From the NCBI GenBank assembly GCA_010015585.1, contig ML975160.1: 64,000 nt of DNA, one strand, 5' to 3'. The DNA comes from Eremomyces bilateralis CBS 781.70 (taxonomy: Eukaryota). Both the position numbers and the translations under genes were made by a program. Positions within the stretch are counted from its first letter, which is position 1; each line of letters starts with the position of its first letter. A model generated the notes under the pieces. The model was not told the DNA's origin. It saw only the letters and a program-made list of their open reading frames with translations, and made no database searches. Positions 25,991-36,646 of the stretch are shown here, in pieces.

Positions 25991-27382
25991 ATGCCTAAAC
26001 CGATCAAACTTGCCGTAGCGCAATCGCATACCCTCGATACCACTTCAGCAACTCTTGCTGCGCTCGAATCCACTGCCACCCTTGCAGCACGACGCGGAGC
26101 ACATCTCGTCCTCTTCCCGGAGGCTTACATCGGCGGCTACCCACGGGGCTGCAACTTCGGCGCCGCGATAGGCGCACGAGACCCGAATGGCCGCGAACAA
26201 TTCTTGCACTACTACCGGGCGGCCGTCGATCTCGGCGACACTCCACAAGGTGCGGGGGGCAACTGGATAGATCGAAAGCTGCCGTTGGCCAAAGGAGAGA
26301 GTCACCGCGGCGATGGCACCCGGGAAGATCTGGAAAGGATCGCGAAGGAGTCGGGTGTCTTCGTCGTGACTGGCCTGATTGAAAGAGCTGGTGGAAGTCT
26401 CTATTGTGCCGTTGTCTACGTGGACCCCGAGCATGGTGTTCTCGGGAAGCGCCGTAAGGTCATGCCAACGGGCACTGAGCGGCTGGTATGGGCTCAGGGT
26501 AGCGCAAGCACACTCAGAGCCGTGACAGCAACTCTGAACGGCGTCAAGGTCACCTTGGCTGCAGCCATTTGCTGGGAGAATTATATGCCGCTGCTCCGAC
26601 ACAGTCTGTATTCGCAGAATGTCAATATCTACCTTTCACCGACAGCAGACGGTCGAGATACTTGGCTGCCGTTGATGCGAACCGTGGCGTTTGAAGGCCG
26701 GACCTTCGTGTTGAGCGCCAACCAATGCATGAGGCGCAAACATTTGCCCAACTGGATCGGCGGATCTACTCCTACGCCAGCCAAACCTCAAGCACTATCT
26801 CCCACTCAGCCGATAAGAGGCCAAAGGAGAAGATCAACGGTCACAAAGACTCCCGATGGTTTCGAGATCTGCTGGCCATTGGACGACAAAGAGAAAAGCG
26901 GAAACAAAGAAGCGGAAACCGCCGATCCGGTGAGCAATGGAAATCATGAGACTGACAACGCCCCGGTATCCCCATCTACCACCAGCGATCACCCAGGCGG
27001 TAAACGACGAAAGTCAATTGTTATCGAGACTCCGGATCACAACGAGATATGTTGGCCTGCGCCAGAACCTCATGCTCGCGCAACATCCCCTGCAAGCAGC
27101 CACCGGGCTATTACCTTCACTAACTCGTTCGACAATGCTATACATGATGAGGACGAGGAGATCATGTCCCGAGGTGGATCATGCATCATCTCCCCGCTCG
27201 GCGAGGTCCTCGCTGGTCCGCTTTGGGATGTCGATTCCGGAGAGAATAGTCTTCTTATCGTCGAGATTGACTTGGAGGACTGTGACCGCGGCAGACTTGA
27301 TCTTGATGTCGCAGGGCACTATTCGCGGAGTGACGCGTTCAAACTGACGGTAGAGGGTCTCGACTTGAATCCTCCTCCCTGA
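25991..27382 (+). CDS. Nitrilase (CN-hydrolase superfamily) with a ~130-aa insertion
   Basis: Catalytic triad in [10 protein letters not shown] (E), RRKVMPT (K) and AICWEN (C); C-terminal [10 protein letters not shown]. Confidence 0.93.
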   Translation: MPKPIKLAVAQSHTLDTTSATLAALESTATLAARRGAHLVLFPEAYIGGYPRGCNFGAAIGARDPNGREQFLHYYRAAVDLGDTPQGAGGNWIDRKLPLAKGESHRGDGTREDLERIAKESGVFVVTGLIERAGGSLYCAVVYVDPEHGVLGKRRKVMPTGTERLVWAQGSASTLRAVTATLNGVKVTLAAAICWENYMPLLRHSLYSQNVNIYLSPTADGRDTWLPLMRTVAFEGRTFVLSANQCMRRKHLPNWIGGSTPTPAKPQALSPTQPIRGQRRRSTVTKTPDGFEICWPLDDKEKSGNKEAETADPVSNGNHETDNAPVSPSTTSDHPGGKRRKSIVIETPDHNEICWPAPEPHARATSPASSHRAITFTNSFDNAIHDEDEEIMSRGGSCIISPLGEVLAGPLWDVDSGENSLLIVEIDLEDCDRGRLDLDVAGHYSRSDAFKLTVEGLDLNPPP

Positions 27383-27927
27383 TGATCTCAGACTAGCGGA
27401 GGGACAACACGGATGAAACAATTGGGTCACACCACGATGAACAAATTGCGATGGTTATGGGGCTTGTAGTATTTTTTAGCTCAGTGTATGAAATCGATTG
27501 AAAGGTTTGACTGCTACTGTAGCGATCCGTTAAGTCAATGGCCGAGTCTGGTTATGCTAACAAGGCTGAAGGAAATCGAAATTGTCTTTTTGTCATTCTG
27601 TTGACAACATTACGCGAGGTATCTCCTTTGTAGCCAGCCCTCCTTTGTGGCATAACAATCCAATTGTTTTTCCACAATGCAACCATCATTCTTTGTCCGT
27701 CAGAACATAGTTGTGAGATAAATATTCCTCGCTCCACGCCATCAACCCCAGGTTTTTCTCATCAGCACACTCCCCTGTTCTCCCCCGTTCGTCCGTGATC
27801 ACCAGCTTTCCTGGCGTCTCAGCCATACCTTCGATCGAAAGGTAAGTATTCTCTACTCCCAGCTGAGCTGATTCTTCTAGAAAGCGCCCGGTCGCCGACG
27901 AACACCACCACCCGCTCCTCGACCATC

Positions 27928-28554
27928 ATGACCCTCGCCATGACTAACCCCCTCCGATCCAACCCCCCCCACCGCTTCGCTATCTGTCCCCACGATGTGG
28001 TCAAGGACGGCGCCGTCCCTCGATACCCGCTCCAGCCCTGCGCGCTGAACACTGCGACCCACCATCTCCTCCACTGCGGCCACACCATCCGCACCAACCT
28101 CCCCAGCTCCTGCGGTGCCAACTGCGCGAGCGTCCCCGCCACTTATGCCCACGTGCCGCGGTTCGCCTGCGAGCGCTGCATCGAGGCGCTGCTTGACGCT
28201 AAGATGACCCAGCGCTACGGGGGGCTGGAGAGCTGGGTCAGGCTCGAGTACGGCCATCTGGGTAGGGAAGAGGTTTGGCGCCAGGGCATGATTCACTTCT
28301 ATTCGCAGGAGGAAAACTGGCGCCAGGAGCGCGTCGAGACCGATGCCATTCTTCGGGTTGGTGCGCGTCATTCGGAAGCCGCTGGTGAGGCCGCTGAATG
28401 GGACGGGAAGGTTCGGGTCAACGTGTCTGAGATGACCGCTGCTGAGCTCGCTGCTTCGAAGCGCGCCATTAGGGAAAAGAAGGAGAAGTATGCGAAGAAA
28501 GTCCACAAGGCCGAAACCATTGCACGAGGGTTGGATCGATTGATGGGGTACTAA
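27928..28554 (+). CDS. Hypothetical protein with a Cys/His-rich N-terminus and basic coiled-coil tail
   Basis: 208-aa ORF with coding-like codon use; CPHD...C...LHCGHTI...CGANC...FACERC. Confidence 0.6.
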   Translation: MTLAMTNPLRSNPPHRFAICPHDVVKDGAVPRYPLQPCALNTATHHLLHCGHTIRTNLPSSCGANCASVPATYAHVPRFACERCIEALLDAKMTQRYGGLESWVRLEYGHLGREEVWRQGMIHFYSQEENWRQERVETDAILRVGARHSEAAGEAAEWDGKVRVNVSEMTAAELAASKRAIREKKEKYAKKVHKAETIARGLDRLMGY

Positions 28555-28845
28555 TGGAAGTGTAGGGATAATAGTCTCCACTGGTGGAGATCTGCTGAAC
28601 TAGGTAATGCCTGACGGTAAGTAATTTGTTTGTCCGGCCTCACAGGTAAGACTCGCAAGGAGGCGTTCTGGTCTTTCAATCAAGATTATTTGATTTCTTG
28701 AAATGTTCGTGTGCTTGTGTCCCCGAGAGGTGAAATACCTGCTGAATAACGGTACTTCTTGAAATTGACATTCGATAAGTCCTCGATTTCTCTACGGTAT
28801 ACAGCGTGACAACTGATGCGGAAAGGTAGAGACGATGGGCCCGTT

Positions 28846-30429
28846 TCAGCCATTTAACGATGAGGAACTTGTGCCCGAAGTGTCCAGGTAAACGACATGG
28901 ATCGGTTGATGGTTCAGCCAGGTCAGCTCTCTTTTAATCTTCATGCGTATCCAGACGTCCTTTTCCGCAAAGTACTCCAAGCATCGATTCGAATAATTGT
29001 TTTCAGGGGTGCTCTTTGAGAAGTCCGGTAGCGAGTTTCTTTTCCCTCGGATCAGGCAGGCTTGCACAGAATTGGGGTAGCTCTTCAATAGCAATGCAAA
29101 CGCATGTCCACTCCTATCCTCGAAATTGTACTGCGCATTATCCAGTACGAGGAAATCCATTCCGTTCCGAGCCAAGTACTCCGGAAAATTGGCAGATATG
29201 GAAAAGTCCGTCTCGCGTAGGCCGGCCATGTTAATCCTGCACATATGGGAGTCAGGGCGCCTCTCCAAATGGACCATGGAGGACGAAAAAGAATTCTGTT
29301 GCTGGACATAAAGTTCATGCAAGCGGGTCAGTCGCTTCAGTGTCCACGAGATATCGACGGTAATAGTCTCTTCAGCCCGCCATCGAAAGTAGTGTTTCGG
29401 AGATTCGTCGGATCTGCCGAGCCACAAGGCCAAGGCCTTTGTCTCATCTTCAACGTCATGGCAGTTCAATAATGCAAGATAGGTTCCTTTAATAGATCCT
29501 GGATAAGGTATAGGCGGCTTGCGAGCAAGTACTGGTAGTCTTATGCTCAGCCCTTTGTTGGTCATGGCAAAGGTTGTCTTTTCTGTCAACTTCCAAGGCA
29601 GTTTACTCCCTCGTACAATTCCAGCACAAGTCTCAAAAAACCGAGGGACAGGTGCCAGCAACCCGCAGCCGAACCGATACTGAACAGACAGAGCCGCGCT
29701 GGTCCATGCAAACAACGTCTGGTCATCCGACTTCTTCATGATCTCTTCTTGAAGGCGAATGAATGCTTGCATGCCTTCTCCGTACAGCATGGGCATGGTA
29801 ATCTCGAATAATCCCATGAGACAGTAGGCCATATCTTCGGTCCTGGTTGTCTTCCGCTGAGATGCCCAAGACATCCGCTGTGCAATACTGTAGTCCTTAA
29901 TACTCTTGCCCAACAGGACCAACTCGGGTATCCTGGTGATCTGCGAAATTACAGTCCGAAGACTCGATTTCGTCCCCAGCTCCGTCCAATCCTGGGCGTA
30001 AAATATCACGTCCGATGGCGCGATAAGCTCCTGAAGCGTCCATCCCCTAGTGAACCACTTGCTTTCCCGGACCCGGGGATTGATAGATGCGACCGAATCG
30101 TGGTGGTTCGGGACGACGTCAAACAGATATGCATAGCACACACTAGCATTCTGGTACCATTGGAACATGGAATTGATGGCCTCTGATAATTCCGCGCTGC
30201 TGGTTTTATCAATGCAGCAAGTGTCAACCCAAATGTAATCCAGGTTGTCCGCACGGGCAGTCGCCGCGGCCATCGCTATTTTCTTGTAGCCTCGCGTTCC
30301 CTTCGACTTTGGTCCAATCTCTTGCAATGATAGCTCCTCTGTTTCCCACGTATGGGAGAGAATAGCATAGGGCGGTGCATCTCGTGGAAAGTAATGGAGT
30401 TCCAAGGTATCAGTGTGCAAAAGACGCAT
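28846..30429 (-). CDS. HET-domain (PF06985) protein without NOD or repeat modules
   Basis: MRLL...PPYAILSHTW, YIWVDTCCIDKTSSAELSEAINSMFQWY, WFTRGWTLQELIAP and YGEG...AFIRLQEEI. Confidence 0.93.
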   Translation of the reverse strand: MRLLHTDTLELHYFPRDAPPYAILSHTWETEELSLQEIGPKSKGTRGYKKIAMAAATARADNLDYIWVDTCCIDKTSSAELSEAINSMFQWYQNASVCYAYLFDVVPNHHDSVASINPRVRESKWFTRGWTLQELIAPSDVIFYAQDWTELGTKSSLRTVISQITRIPELVLLGKSIKDYSIAQRMSWASQRKTTRTEDMAYCLMGLFEITMPMLYGEGMQAFIRLQEEIMKKSDDQTLFAWTSAALSVQYRFGCGLLAPVPRFFETCAGIVRGSKLPWKLTEKTTFAMTNKGLSIRLPVLARKPPIPYPGSIKGTYLALLNCHDVEDETKALALWLGRSDESPKHYFRWRAEETITVDISWTLKRLTRLHELYVQQQNSFSSSMVHLERRPDSHMCRINMAGLRETDFSISANFPEYLARNGMDFLVLDNAQYNFEDRSGHAFALLLKSYPNSVQACLIRGKRNSLPDFSKSTPENNYSNRCLEYFAEKDVWIRMKIKRELTWLNHQPIHVVYLDTSGTSSSSLNG

Positions 30430-30801
30430 CTTCAACGATCAAAAATCGGCAGCACTGGTCATTTAGGCAGACGCATCTCCTTGGTTTCATTGTCCCTTCC
30501 GAGCTTTCGAAAGGCAATTGGAGGGATGATCAAATAAAATTGATCCCGTTGGAGCATCACCACAATAGCGATATATCAAGGTTTCAGTGGACATACATGA
30601 GATGACATTGATCACTCATGTTCCAGCAAGAATCCCCTCATTTCAAGGAGGCAGTGCAAATGTGCAGTCGGTCGTTGATGAAGCGGTTCGAGAGTCAAAG
30701 CGAAGGATCATTTCCCCTGTCGACAGCATGACTCGGATGATGATCCTGGTCAATACTAGGAATTGCAATATCTATCGTGGACTCAATTTTTAAATAAATA
30801 A

Positions 30802-30891
30802 TCCGAAATGGTCTAGTGGCTAGGATTTCCGCCTCTCAACACATCGTGATGTAGAACGCGGAAGGCCGGGGTTCAATTCCCCGTTTCGGAG
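30802..30891 (+). tRNA. tRNA-Glu (CTC) with an 18-nt intron
   Basis: Acceptor TCCGAAA/TTTCGGA; D-arm GTCTAGTGGCTAGGAT; anticodon stem TCCGC/GCGGA with CTC at 30835-30837; intron 30839-30856; T-loop TTCAATT; downstream T-runs as Pol III terminator. Confidence 0.96.
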
Positions 30892-31079
30892 CTTTACTTT
30901 TTGCTTTTTTTTTCCTTTCCTTACGATTTGACTCGGCTACTAGTGACGTCGAGAGAGAGAACAACATCTGACTTCTGAGCTGAGTATTCATCTAGGAGTG
31001 TCAAATTCTCTTATTGTTCCTATAATGCCTAGTTAGGTATCCCAATCAATGAAGAAATGCATCATTAATATCCGACTTT

Positions 31080-32200
31080 TTGGTATTCGTGATCAATCCC
31101 GACGCATCATATTATAAACCCTTTGAATCTACTATAACTTTTGGTTTGTCTATGCTCATCAAAGAGAAGAAGTCCGTACAGTTGTCTGTGGCAGAGAGAT
31201 GGAGGTATCATCCGCTACGCCTGCTCTATGAACTGCGGGTATTTCGTCACGTTGAAAGGGAAGATGACCAGTACCGTTCGTTTACTTGTCTCACTTCCAC
31301 ATTGAGCTGGGCCGTTTACTCTTGCACCACCTCCCAGGCAAACTCGGGAATATGAAAGATAATCTCTAAATCGGGGCACCCTTCGCGACGAGGAACTTCA
31401 ACCTCTCTCGTGCATACTTAGTATGATAGAGCATCAAGCATGTCCTCTGTACTAAGGGCTGCCTACAGAGGAGGCCGCACTGGAGATATGGAGTAAACGA
31501 TCTGCACGACTTCCATGAAGCTTTCAGGACAATCATCAGGTGTACATTAGTGATCAGCCACCGATGCCCAACTAATACAGTAAGTCGCTGTTTACAAGCC
31601 TACCGCAGCTTTAAGACGGAGAACTAATTTCGGCAGACGAGTGTGGACGGTTTTCCACATATTCTCCACTGCACCCGCAAACATACCAGTCTCGTGAATG
31701 ATCTGAAAAGACTCGCCGGAATCACGGCAAGACCGTTGTTCTCTGGACTGGACTTCCTCCACCATATGCTTGTGCAGTATAGAACGTCGAGGGATGTGTT
31801 CATGGTACCAAGCCCCAACGATGGCTCGCAAGTCGCAACTCGCAAGGAAGAGTCCGCTTCATTAGGAAATACTTTTGGAGCAAAGAGCAACCAAGCAATC
31901 GATCTATGGGCACGATCAGCAAATGACATAACACTAAGTTTCTTTGTCAATGCGGGATCCAATAATGTAATTAGTCCGAACGGTGGGGTGATCGATGGTC
32001 CACCTAAGGATCGCAGCCAGGTCACCTATATAAAACTAGACAGCATATCAATTTCTCTGTATTGGTATGAAGGTGGACAAGGAACCTGAGGATCGATACT
32101 GCACACGGAATAATTCCCCATACAAAGGACGCCCTTCATAGGTACTTATTACTACTTCCTAGTCGGGGAAATACGCCATTGTGCTGAGGGATTGAAATTT
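31080..32200 (+). pseudogene. Highly degenerate SRPK-like protein kinase relic
   Basis: Ordered fragments YHPLRL (~YHPVxLG), TLSWAVYS (~KLGWGxYS), ARPLFSGLDFLHH (~QLLxGLDFLH), IDLWAR (~DxWAP) and IKLD, interrupted by stops; one intron-like GTAAGT...ACTAAT...CAG at ~31580-31637. Confidence 0.4.
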
Positions 32201-33970
32201 GTAATATCAAAGGCCCGAAGCCCAAAAGCCAAAAGGAAGCCAAAAGCAAATGGACTCGTATCAGCCACGCAATCAATCCAACTGCGGTGGAGATGGCGTC
32301 CAACGGTACGAGATGGGTACGGGACGGACGTACGGAAGTGGGGAAGTCTGAGGGTACGAGTCGGATCTTAGCCCCAGTGCTCACGAACTACGAAGCGGCC
32401 TAATTCTTTCCTTAGAGCCGGCATCATGCCCAGGTTTCGGAATAATTCATTAACACCCTCCCAAGGAAGTGAAGGAACATGATGTATCGTTTGATGATGG
32501 TGTGAGTTCAAGAGTCTAGGCACGCCAGGTTAGTTAGGGCTTTGGGGTCGGGAGTTGGTACGGAACACCCCGTGGCCCGTAGAGGCTCTGCGGGTCTCGG
32601 CCCTCGGTCCTCCAGTGATGTCTCAAGGCACTAAGGCAGGTAGGCGCATGGCAAGTGAACGGACAGCCAATCAACGCTGGATACAGGAGTTGGCATGAAA
32701 CGGGCATTCCGATCCTCCATTCACCCCAGCCTCCTTAACATACAGACGGAGAAATCCAGGTCAGCTCGCTTTCTTCAGGAAATTAAGAACAGCTGATGGA
32801 GATCTGATATGGAGAAAATGTCATCTGTCTCTACCAGTATAAGTACTCTATCGAATACCGCGGGATGAAATCCACCTCAATCCTGCACGGAGGCAAGCCA
32901 CAGCAGCCTAGAATAGGCCATCATATCCAAGGAGTCAATCTACATAACCCAATTCCAAGCCGAACCCGACCAGAGCTCCGGAGTAATCCCGTTCACAGCA
33001 TACTACTCTGAGTAAAAGCCAGCTTCCGGTTATACAGCTTGCCCCAAGATGCTATCCAGTAATATGCCTGACTAGGAGATTCACCACATGAGTGGTGTTC
33101 CATCCAAGACAAGCACCGTAGGACAAGCATCATTTTCTTTCAAATGAGATCGACGGCTAAGATTGGCTGGTCAGTGAGCGATCCCTACCACGTACCCGTC
33201 GAAACCAGGTGCGGCGTGCCGCCCGATTGGCGCTGATTGTTCGCCTCCAGCGATCGAGCCAGTTTCGTTTGTTGAGGCCCGTAAGAGACAGGGCCACAAG
33301 GGGCCGATTACCATTCCAGGGGGGGGCTCTGCCAGTCGTGATCCATTATCTCTATCACTTCACTCCAGTTTTTTAACCTCTCCTGTCCTGCCGTTCACCT
33401 TTTGTCTGTCTTCTCTGCAACTCTTGCTCCTGGTCGTGGACGACTCGATTCCTCCTCTTTACAGTCATTCATTTACATATTCAGTTTCCCCATTTCTCTC
33501 TCCGCGTTCCCTTGTCCTTCATCCCCGGTTCTAGTCGGCCGACCATCAGTCACTCGTTTCACACAGTTGCCCACCATCACGATAGGATTCAGGTTTCGAA
33601 ACAATCATCGTGTGATTTTTGGCCGTTAAACCAAAAGTCCCTTTTGTTTTATAGTTCTAAAGCTTAGAGAGACCTTGAGTCGGTCGCTCATTTCTCGAAA
33701 CTAGGGGCTACCTCGTCTGGATCAGGTTCGTGATAAATAAATCCCATATCGCCCGCACACTGTTATGCTTTTCCACCATTCTCACCCCAGTGAAATCACC
33801 TCTTGTTTAGTCAGAACAATAATCACTGTAGGCTTTGTGGCCTCTGCTGCCTTTATTGTCACAGACTCATTGTCCCTTGACAAGGAAAGTCTTCGTTTAG
33901 ACTAACCGTCACAGAAGACAGGAACCCTCAATAAGCAGTCTCTCATTCAACAAAGACAACCACTCGCACA

Positions 33971-34059
33971 ATGTCTTTTATATGAAAGACCCCCTCTCTC
34001 CACGGCCTTCGTTCCGTCAGAACTCCGAAGTCAGAACGCAATCGACCCACAGTGATTAA
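33971..34059 (+). promoter_or_regulatory. Two overlapping uORFs (MSFI* and a 25-aa uORF) upstream of the ferric reductase
   Basis: ATG 33971 to TGA 33983-33985 overlaps ATG 33982 (ATGA); the second uORF ends at TAA 34057-34059. Confidence 0.45.
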
Positions 34060-34142
34060 CACTTTCACTCAAAGCGCAGGCCGCTACCGCATTCCCTAAC
34101 CACTCCCACACTCCACCCCAAGTGGGACGATAACTTGTCAAT

Positions 34143-36071
34143 ATGCCTCCCTCATCATTCGTGATACCTCGCTCGATCGGCAGCCATGGCGATCTCGTAC
34201 CCGACTTCATTACCAATTCCTCAGGGGATTCCCTCGTGCAATACACGACCGGTCTCTCCGGAGTTCAACAGGAAACGAACTACATTTTCGTGCACGCCCT
34301 CTTATTCGCACTCCTCGCTGCCTTCGGCTTCATTCTAATCTATCGGGGTGCCATCTTATTCGAACGACATGTCCGCCACATTAACACCGTCGGCGGGGTC
34401 ACTCAACAGGCCCTGTGGGCCCACAACGGTTCGACCGCCTGGTCCGACAGCTGGGTCTTCATCAAACGCCACATCCTATATGCGCCGCTCGGCAAGAAAC
34501 GACACAACCAGGAGATCAAGATCTCCAAGGCGCATGCCATTGGAACCCTCCCATCACGCTTTCACACGATGATGCTCCTGACTTGGCTATTCGCCAACAT
34601 CGCCTTCTGCCTCGTCCTGCCGTGGAGCACATTCCCCTCCCAGGAGGTCGTCGCTGCCCTCCGTGGGCGCAGTGGTGTTTTGGCCGCCCTGAACCTCTTC
34701 CCGACGATTCTCTTTGCTTTACGAAACAATCCACTGATCTGGCTCCTGAGCGTATCTTACGACACGTTCAACCTCCTACACCGCTGGTGTGGTCGGGTGG
34801 TGGTCCTCCAGAGCCTCATTCATGTTCTCTGCTGGTCAGTGAACACGATAGCCGCAACGACCGACGACTTTAACATGGGAGTGTCCTTGAGCCAGCACCT
34901 TTCTTATCGATGGGGTCTCGTTGGTGCCGTGGGATTCACCCTCATCGCGATCTTCTCCATCGGACCCCTCCGCCACGCTTTTTACGATTCCTTCGTCCAT
35001 GGACATCGACTCATCGTCCTCATCTCCCTTGTCGGTGTTTATGTCCATCTTCAGACTCACAAACTCCCGCAATTGTGGTGGCTGCAAGTCGTTTGCTGGC
35101 TGTGGGGTATGGAATGGTTATTCCGATCTGGTCGCATCATGTACTACTCCTTCACATTCGGCCAGATGTCGAAAGTCACCGTCGAAGCCCTTCCCGGCGA
35201 GGCATGCCGTCTTTCCATCGACGTTGTCCGACCATTCCGCGCCGCGCCGGGATCTAACGTCCACATATACATCCCACGATTCAACCCGCACCTCATGTCC
35301 CACCCCTTCTCCGTCGCCTGGACCGACTGCGAGCTACCCAAAGCCTCGGCTTTCGAATTCTCCCACATGTCCAGCGCCCCCGCCGCCAACTACAACGAAA
35401 AGCGAGGGCCCTCATCCACCGACCAAAACCAACCGACCCACACCACCTCCGACATCGCCCTCTTTAATCCCCCCTCCACGCGCGTCCACCTCATCTGCAA
35501 GGCCCGCGAAGGCCTCACCAAACAGCTCTACCAGCGCGCCGCCGCCCGCCCCGACAAGACCCTCACGACGCGATGCCTCCTCGAAGGCCCTTACGGCGGC
35601 ATGGACCCCATGTCCTCGTACGGCACCGTGGTGCTCTTCGCCGGCGGCATCGGCATCACCCACATGCTCCCGCACCTGCGCCACCTCGTGCACGGGTACC
35701 ACCTCGGCGTGGTGTCCACGCGCAAGGTTCTCCTCGTCTGGAGCATGCCCGACCAGAACTGCTTCGATTGGGTGCGTCCGTACATGAACCAGGTGCTGGA
35801 GATGCCCGGGCGGAGGGAGATCCTCAAGATGGAGATATACATCACAAGAGGGAACGGTAGGGAGACAAGCAGTCAGTCGGGTGGCGTGCGGACGTTTACG
35901 AGGCGCTGCGATCCGAATGAGGTGATTGATCGGATGATGCAGGAGCCGATCGGCGCGACTTGCGTCACTGTATGTGGGCCGGGCGTCTTCGCGGATGATG
36001 TGAGGGCGGCGGCGAGGAAGCGGGTTGGGAAGGGATGTTTGGACTTCGTTGAGGAGGCTTTCAGTTACTAA
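34143..36071 (+). CDS. Ferric/cupric reductase-like transmembrane flavocytochrome (FRE/NOX family)
   Basis: RNNPLI, heme histidines (LLHRWCGR...IH; HGH...VH), FAD motif SHPFS, EGPYG, NADPH motif AGGIGIT, VCGP and terminal EEAFSY. Confidence 0.93.
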   Translation: MPPSSFVIPRSIGSHGDLVPDFITNSSGDSLVQYTTGLSGVQQETNYIFVHALLFALLAAFGFILIYRGAILFERHVRHINTVGGVTQQALWAHNGSTAWSDSWVFIKRHILYAPLGKKRHNQEIKISKAHAIGTLPSRFHTMMLLTWLFANIAFCLVLPWSTFPSQEVVAALRGRSGVLAALNLFPTILFALRNNPLIWLLSVSYDTFNLLHRWCGRVVVLQSLIHVLCWSVNTIAATTDDFNMGVSLSQHLSYRWGLVGAVGFTLIAIFSIGPLRHAFYDSFVHGHRLIVLISLVGVYVHLQTHKLPQLWWLQVVCWLWGMEWLFRSGRIMYYSFTFGQMSKVTVEALPGEACRLSIDVVRPFRAAPGSNVHIYIPRFNPHLMSHPFSVAWTDCELPKASAFEFSHMSSAPAANYNEKRGPSSTDQNQPTHTTSDIALFNPPSTRVHLICKAREGLTKQLYQRAAARPDKTLTTRCLLEGPYGGMDPMSSYGTVVLFAGGIGITHMLPHLRHLVHGYHLGVVSTRKVLLVWSMPDQNCFDWVRPYMNQVLEMPGRREILKMEIYITRGNGRETSSQSGGVRTFTRRCDPNEVIDRMMQEPIGATCVTVCGPGVFADDVRAAARKRVGKGCLDFVEEAFSY

Positions 36072-36646
36072 TGAAGAAATCCTAATCGCCCCTCATAATA
36101 GTCATGTCCCTTTCTGGAATTATCCTATTTGTATCCCGTTGGATTATCAGCGACTGGAGTTGGATCTTTGGCTGAACGTTCTTGATTTTTTCTTCGTTCT
36201 GCCTGCATAGCGAGGTGTTCTATGAGCGATTCATAATAGCGGTCATCTTGGATCAACCCGGGCACTTTCGCGGAGACGGGGGAGGCTGTAAATAGGAAGA
36301 CTTAGGAATAGAGACTTGATTACAGTCAAAGCACACAAAAATTCCCGGTCTGACAGCATGTGAGGTATATGATAAGCCTCGCCATACCAGCGCACCTGTT
36401 GTTCATAGTGTATTGATTGTTATTAATCCCGACCTGCCTGCTACGCACATCCTGATGTTACCGTACTTACACTACCTAGATTCGAATCTGTCTGATTGTG
36501 TAGGCATGGTCGGGAAAAGAAAGTCTAATTTCTAGGCTATCAAAATTTAACTTGCTAAAAACACTGACCTAATCTCGCAGTGACGACACGTTCCTCTTTG
36601 AACCAAATCATAAAACTCATCGGGACATTCTATAAGGCCACGCCCA

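Noticed and set aside
30802..33000. Starship or other element inserted at the tRNA
   Set aside because: No tyrosine recombinase or transposase ORF, target duplication or terminal repeats are visible.
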